Source: an uncultured Geobacter sp. | Lineage (GTDB): Bacteria > Myxococcota_A > UBA9160 > JADFDR01 | Assembly (NCBI GenBank): GCA_964424225.1 | Contig: CAYRID010000001.1 | Coordinates: 7,369-71,368, forward strand | Reading direction: 5' to 3' | Length of the DNA stretch: 64,000 bases | Shown: positions 61,868 to 64,000 of the stretch, piece after piece | Layout of the letters: each line of letters starts with the position of its first letter | Position numbering within the stretch: position 1 is the stretch's first letter | The notes under the pieces: model-generated | Database searches by the model: none | What the model saw: only the letters and a program-made list of their open reading frames with translations | What the model was told of the DNA's origin: nothing | Position numbers and translations under genes: made by a program

Positions 61868-62365
61868 ATGGCCAGCATGAAGCGAGGCGTTGGATACTGC
61901 GAATTTTCCGCCTGCGAGGACTACGCAAAGGGCGTTTTTCTCTTAAATCATGGCGACACATTTTCGTGTCCACGTTGTCGCCAAATTGGTAAAATCAAAA
62001 CCGAACACGGGTTCTACAGCGGAGCCACCGGCATTTTCAAAGAAGTACGCGTCGAATACGGGTACGACTCTATCCGCGACACTTATCGAGAGACTGCAAT
62101 CGTGCGCGATGAAAGTCTTGATGCGCGCCACAACGTCTATACCTTGCAATCACCGCTGATCAAAACCGAAAAACGCGCACTCAAAGTCGCCGAGGCTATT
62201 CTGGCCAATCTCAACCGCTACCACGGCCTCGTGAAAAACGATGAAATTCCGCGCACAACCGAGTTCGTGCTCTCTTTCGATGAACCACTCGACGCATTCA
62301 AGATCAAGCTCTACGAGATTGGTCACGCATGGGAAGCGGGCAGCCGACACGGACTTGCGCGCTGA
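61868..62365 (+). CDS. Hypothetical protein with N-terminal 4-Cys zinc-ribbon
   Basis: GAGGAG RBS upstream of the ATG at 61868. Cys pattern is CEFSAC...CPRC. I recognise no family. An alternative longer start exists at 61745. Confidence 0.55.
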   Translation: MASMKRGVGYCEFSACEDYAKGVFLLNHGDTFSCPRCRQIGKIKTEHGFYSGATGIFKEVRVEYGYDSIRDTYRETAIVRDESLDARHNVYTLQSPLIKTEKRALKVAEAILANLNRYHGLVKNDEIPRTTEFVLSFDEPLDAFKIKLYEIGHAWEAGSRHGLAR

Positions 62366-62427
62366 CGAAAGTCCATCAATCGCTCCGATCAAAAAATCGC
62401 GGCGATCATTGTTGCAGGCGTAGCGCT

Positions 62428-63048
62428 TCAATCAAGCAGGCGCTCAACGAGCGCGGAAAGCGGCTCTCGCTCCCAAGCCGGCACGAATTCGCCACCAAAG
62501 CGCATACACAAATCAATGACGGAACTTTGCAAGATCACAGATAAACCGTGATACTCGCAACGCATTACCGGAGTCGTCGTTTTTTGCAAAGCATCGGTGA
62601 GCGGCGCACGACACCAAGGAAAAATCTCTTTCGGCAAATGCTCTACGACAAACCAAGCCGCCGCGAGAGTTTCCGTCTGTGCGCGCGGATCCATCGGCGT
62701 ATCCTGCCGTACGCGACAACGATACACTCGAGCGCGATGTGCGAAAAAACCGGTTCGCACATATTCTCCAACGAGAGATTCGACGTCGACACAAAGTCCT
62801 GTTTCCTCGAAGACTTCGCGGCACAAGCCTTCCGTCGGCAGCTCACCCGCTTTGAGCCGTCCACCCGGAAGCTCCCAGCCCCAGAGATCGCTGCGAACAC
62901 TCAGTACGACGCCACGCTCCGAAAAAATGACGCCTTGTACGAGTTCGAGCGGTTCACGACTTTTTGTGCGACGCACAAAGAGACCAACCCAGGCAATCAG
63001 GACGTAGGTGACACAAAGTCGAGTCAGGCGCGCGAAGAAGCGGCGCAT
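62428..63048 (-). CDS. NUDIX hydrolase with N-terminal TM helix
   Basis: Nudix box GGRLKAGELPTEGLCREVFEETG. N-terminal hydrophobic segment LCVTYVLIAWVGLFV. Confidence 0.85.
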   Translation of the reverse strand: MRRFFARLTRLCVTYVLIAWVGLFVRRTKSREPLELVQGVIFSERGVVLSVRSDLWGWELPGGRLKAGELPTEGLCREVFEETGLCVDVESLVGEYVRTGFFAHRARVYRCRVRQDTPMDPRAQTETLAAAWFVVEHLPKEIFPWCRAPLTDALQKTTTPVMRCEYHGLSVILQSSVIDLCMRFGGEFVPAWEREPLSALVERLLD

Positions 63049-63052
63049 GGGC

Positions 63053-63955
63053 TCATTCTACGACTTTGTTCAGCGGAAACTCGACGATGCCCTTGGCGCC
63101 AAGCGCCGAAAGCTTGGGAATCAAATCGCGAACCGTGCGCTCAGCGACGACAGTGCTCACGTCAACCCAGTCTTCTTTGCTCTTGCCGACCTTGGCTTTC
63201 GCAAGTGGCGCCACCGTCGGCGTGCCCAGCGCCGGAAGCACACCCAACACCGCATCGAGTCGACTCAATGGCACATTCATCATCAGCCCGACACGACCCG
63301 CCGCCGTAATCGCTCCGCGCAGCATGAGTAAAATGTTTTCCATCTTCTCGCGCTTCCACGGATCTTGGTAAGCAGCGCGATTGGCAATCAAGCGCGGCGT
63401 ACTTTCGAGCACAGTGTCGAGCACCTTGAGATTGTTCGCGCGCAAACTCGAACCGGTTTCGGTGACATCAATGATCGCATCCGCAAGCACCGGCGGTTTC
63501 ACTTCCGTCGCACCCCACGAAAATTCAATTTTGGCTTGCACGCCATGCTTTTTGAAATACTGCGTGGCGATGCCCACGACTTCCGTCGCAATGCGCTTGC
63601 CGGCTAGATCCTTCGCCGTGCGAAATGGCGAACCTTCTTTCACCGCCAGCACCCAGCGCACCTTGCCGTAATTCGGCCACGGCGCTTGCAAGTCGGCCAG
63701 CTCTTTCACCTTGGCTTTGTTCTCTGTCACCCAATCGATGCCCGTAATGCCGAGATCCATCACACCTTGTTCGACATAGCGCGCCATCTCTTGCGCACGA
63801 ATCAAAATGCACTCGATTTCTTCGTCATCGATCTTTGGATAGTACGAACGACTTGGGAAATTGATGTTGTAACCGGCGAGTCGAAATAGATTGGCCGTCG
63901 TCTCTTGCAAGCTGCCCTTTGGCAGTCCCAGCTTCAGCACTTTCGACTTGCTCAT
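63053..63955 (-). CDS. hisG: ATP phosphoribosyltransferase (long form)
   Basis: Matches LKLGLPKGSLQETT, DLGITGIDW and TGSSLRANNLK, plus the C-terminal regulatory domain. Confidence 0.92.
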   Translation of the reverse strand: MSKSKVLKLGLPKGSLQETTANLFRLAGYNINFPSRSYYPKIDDEEIECILIRAQEMARYVEQGVMDLGITGIDWVTENKAKVKELADLQAPWPNYGKVRWVLAVKEGSPFRTAKDLAGKRIATEVVGIATQYFKKHGVQAKIEFSWGATEVKPPVLADAIIDVTETGSSLRANNLKVLDTVLESTPRLIANRAAYQDPWKREKMENILLMLRGAITAAGRVGLMMNVPLSRLDAVLGVLPALGTPTVAPLAKAKVGKSKEDWVDVSTVVAERTVRDLIPKLSALGAKGIVEFPLNKVVE

Positions 63956-64000
63956 TTTGCATACACCTTTTCGGGATCGAAAACTTGTTCGCCGACTTCG
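63952..64000 (-). CDS. 3' end of an unidentified upstream gene (partial; runs off the window)
   Basis: The minus-strand frame reads ...EVGEQVFDPEKVYAK-stop, and the stop overlaps the hisG ATG (ATGA). Too short to identify. Confidence 0.4.
   Translation of the reverse strand, partial: EVGEQVFDPEKVYAK

Noticed and set aside
1-64000. Search for tRNA, rRNA, tmRNA, RNase P, SRP RNA and common riboswitch cores
   Set aside because: By eye I found no T-loop (GGTTCGAATCC-like) cloverleaf candidates and no conserved cores of these RNAs in the intergenic regions. A covariance-model scan would be needed to exclude them formally.

Overview
This is a chromosomal window from a moderately GC-rich bacterium. 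All family calls below come from motifs read by eye in the translations, because no database search was possible. The gene content is bactofilin, FHA-DUF4388, MshEN and PilZ c-di-GMP receptors, a GldA/F/G-type ABC system with a DUF4340 partner, a PEP-CTERM protein and a Cys-type CcmE. That mix suggests a Myxococcota or delta-proteobacterial-like organism, but this is inference only.

Most of the window is tightly packed housekeeping operons, many joined by ATGA or GTGA stop/start overlaps:
- tolQ-like, pepA, cytochrome c, rpoH
- moaD/E-moaB
- holB-metG-tatD-IMPase
- a gld-like ABC transporter
- an opp/dpp-type peptide ABC transporter
- LolB-like and TPR lipoproteins, cysC
- xseA-xseB-ispA-dxs-tlyA
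- ftsE-ftsX-envC-ctp
- cofD-cofC-cofE (F420 tail biosynthesis)
- engB
- ccmE-F-X-A-B-C-D
- NUDIX, hisG

I saw no rRNA, tRNA or CRISPR array.

The points most worth a second look are:
1. A variant System I cytochrome c maturation operon. CcmE carries Cys instead of the heme-binding His (CPSKF), no ccmG/ccmH lies in the cluster, and an uncharacterised 606-aa membrane/zinc-ribbon protein is translationally coupled between ccmF and ccmA.
2. A roughly 2.7-kb low-GC islet between two sulfur-metabolism genes. It carries an AbiEi/AbiEii type IV TA (abortive infection) pair, a decayed transposase 3' end and a YecR-like lipoprotein.
3. A secreted-protein cluster made of an LTD/PEP-CTERM protein, a propeller protein with an OEP-like tail, and a DUF4124 protein.
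4. A recurring 14-bp palindrome, TTGCNCTAGNGCAA, in two unrelated promoter regions.
5. Several orphan genes, including one coupled upstream of ftsE and a Zn-ribbon orphan behind a near-consensus promoter.

Many long ORFs in the six-frame track are antisense artefacts of GC-rich coding sequence and were rejected.
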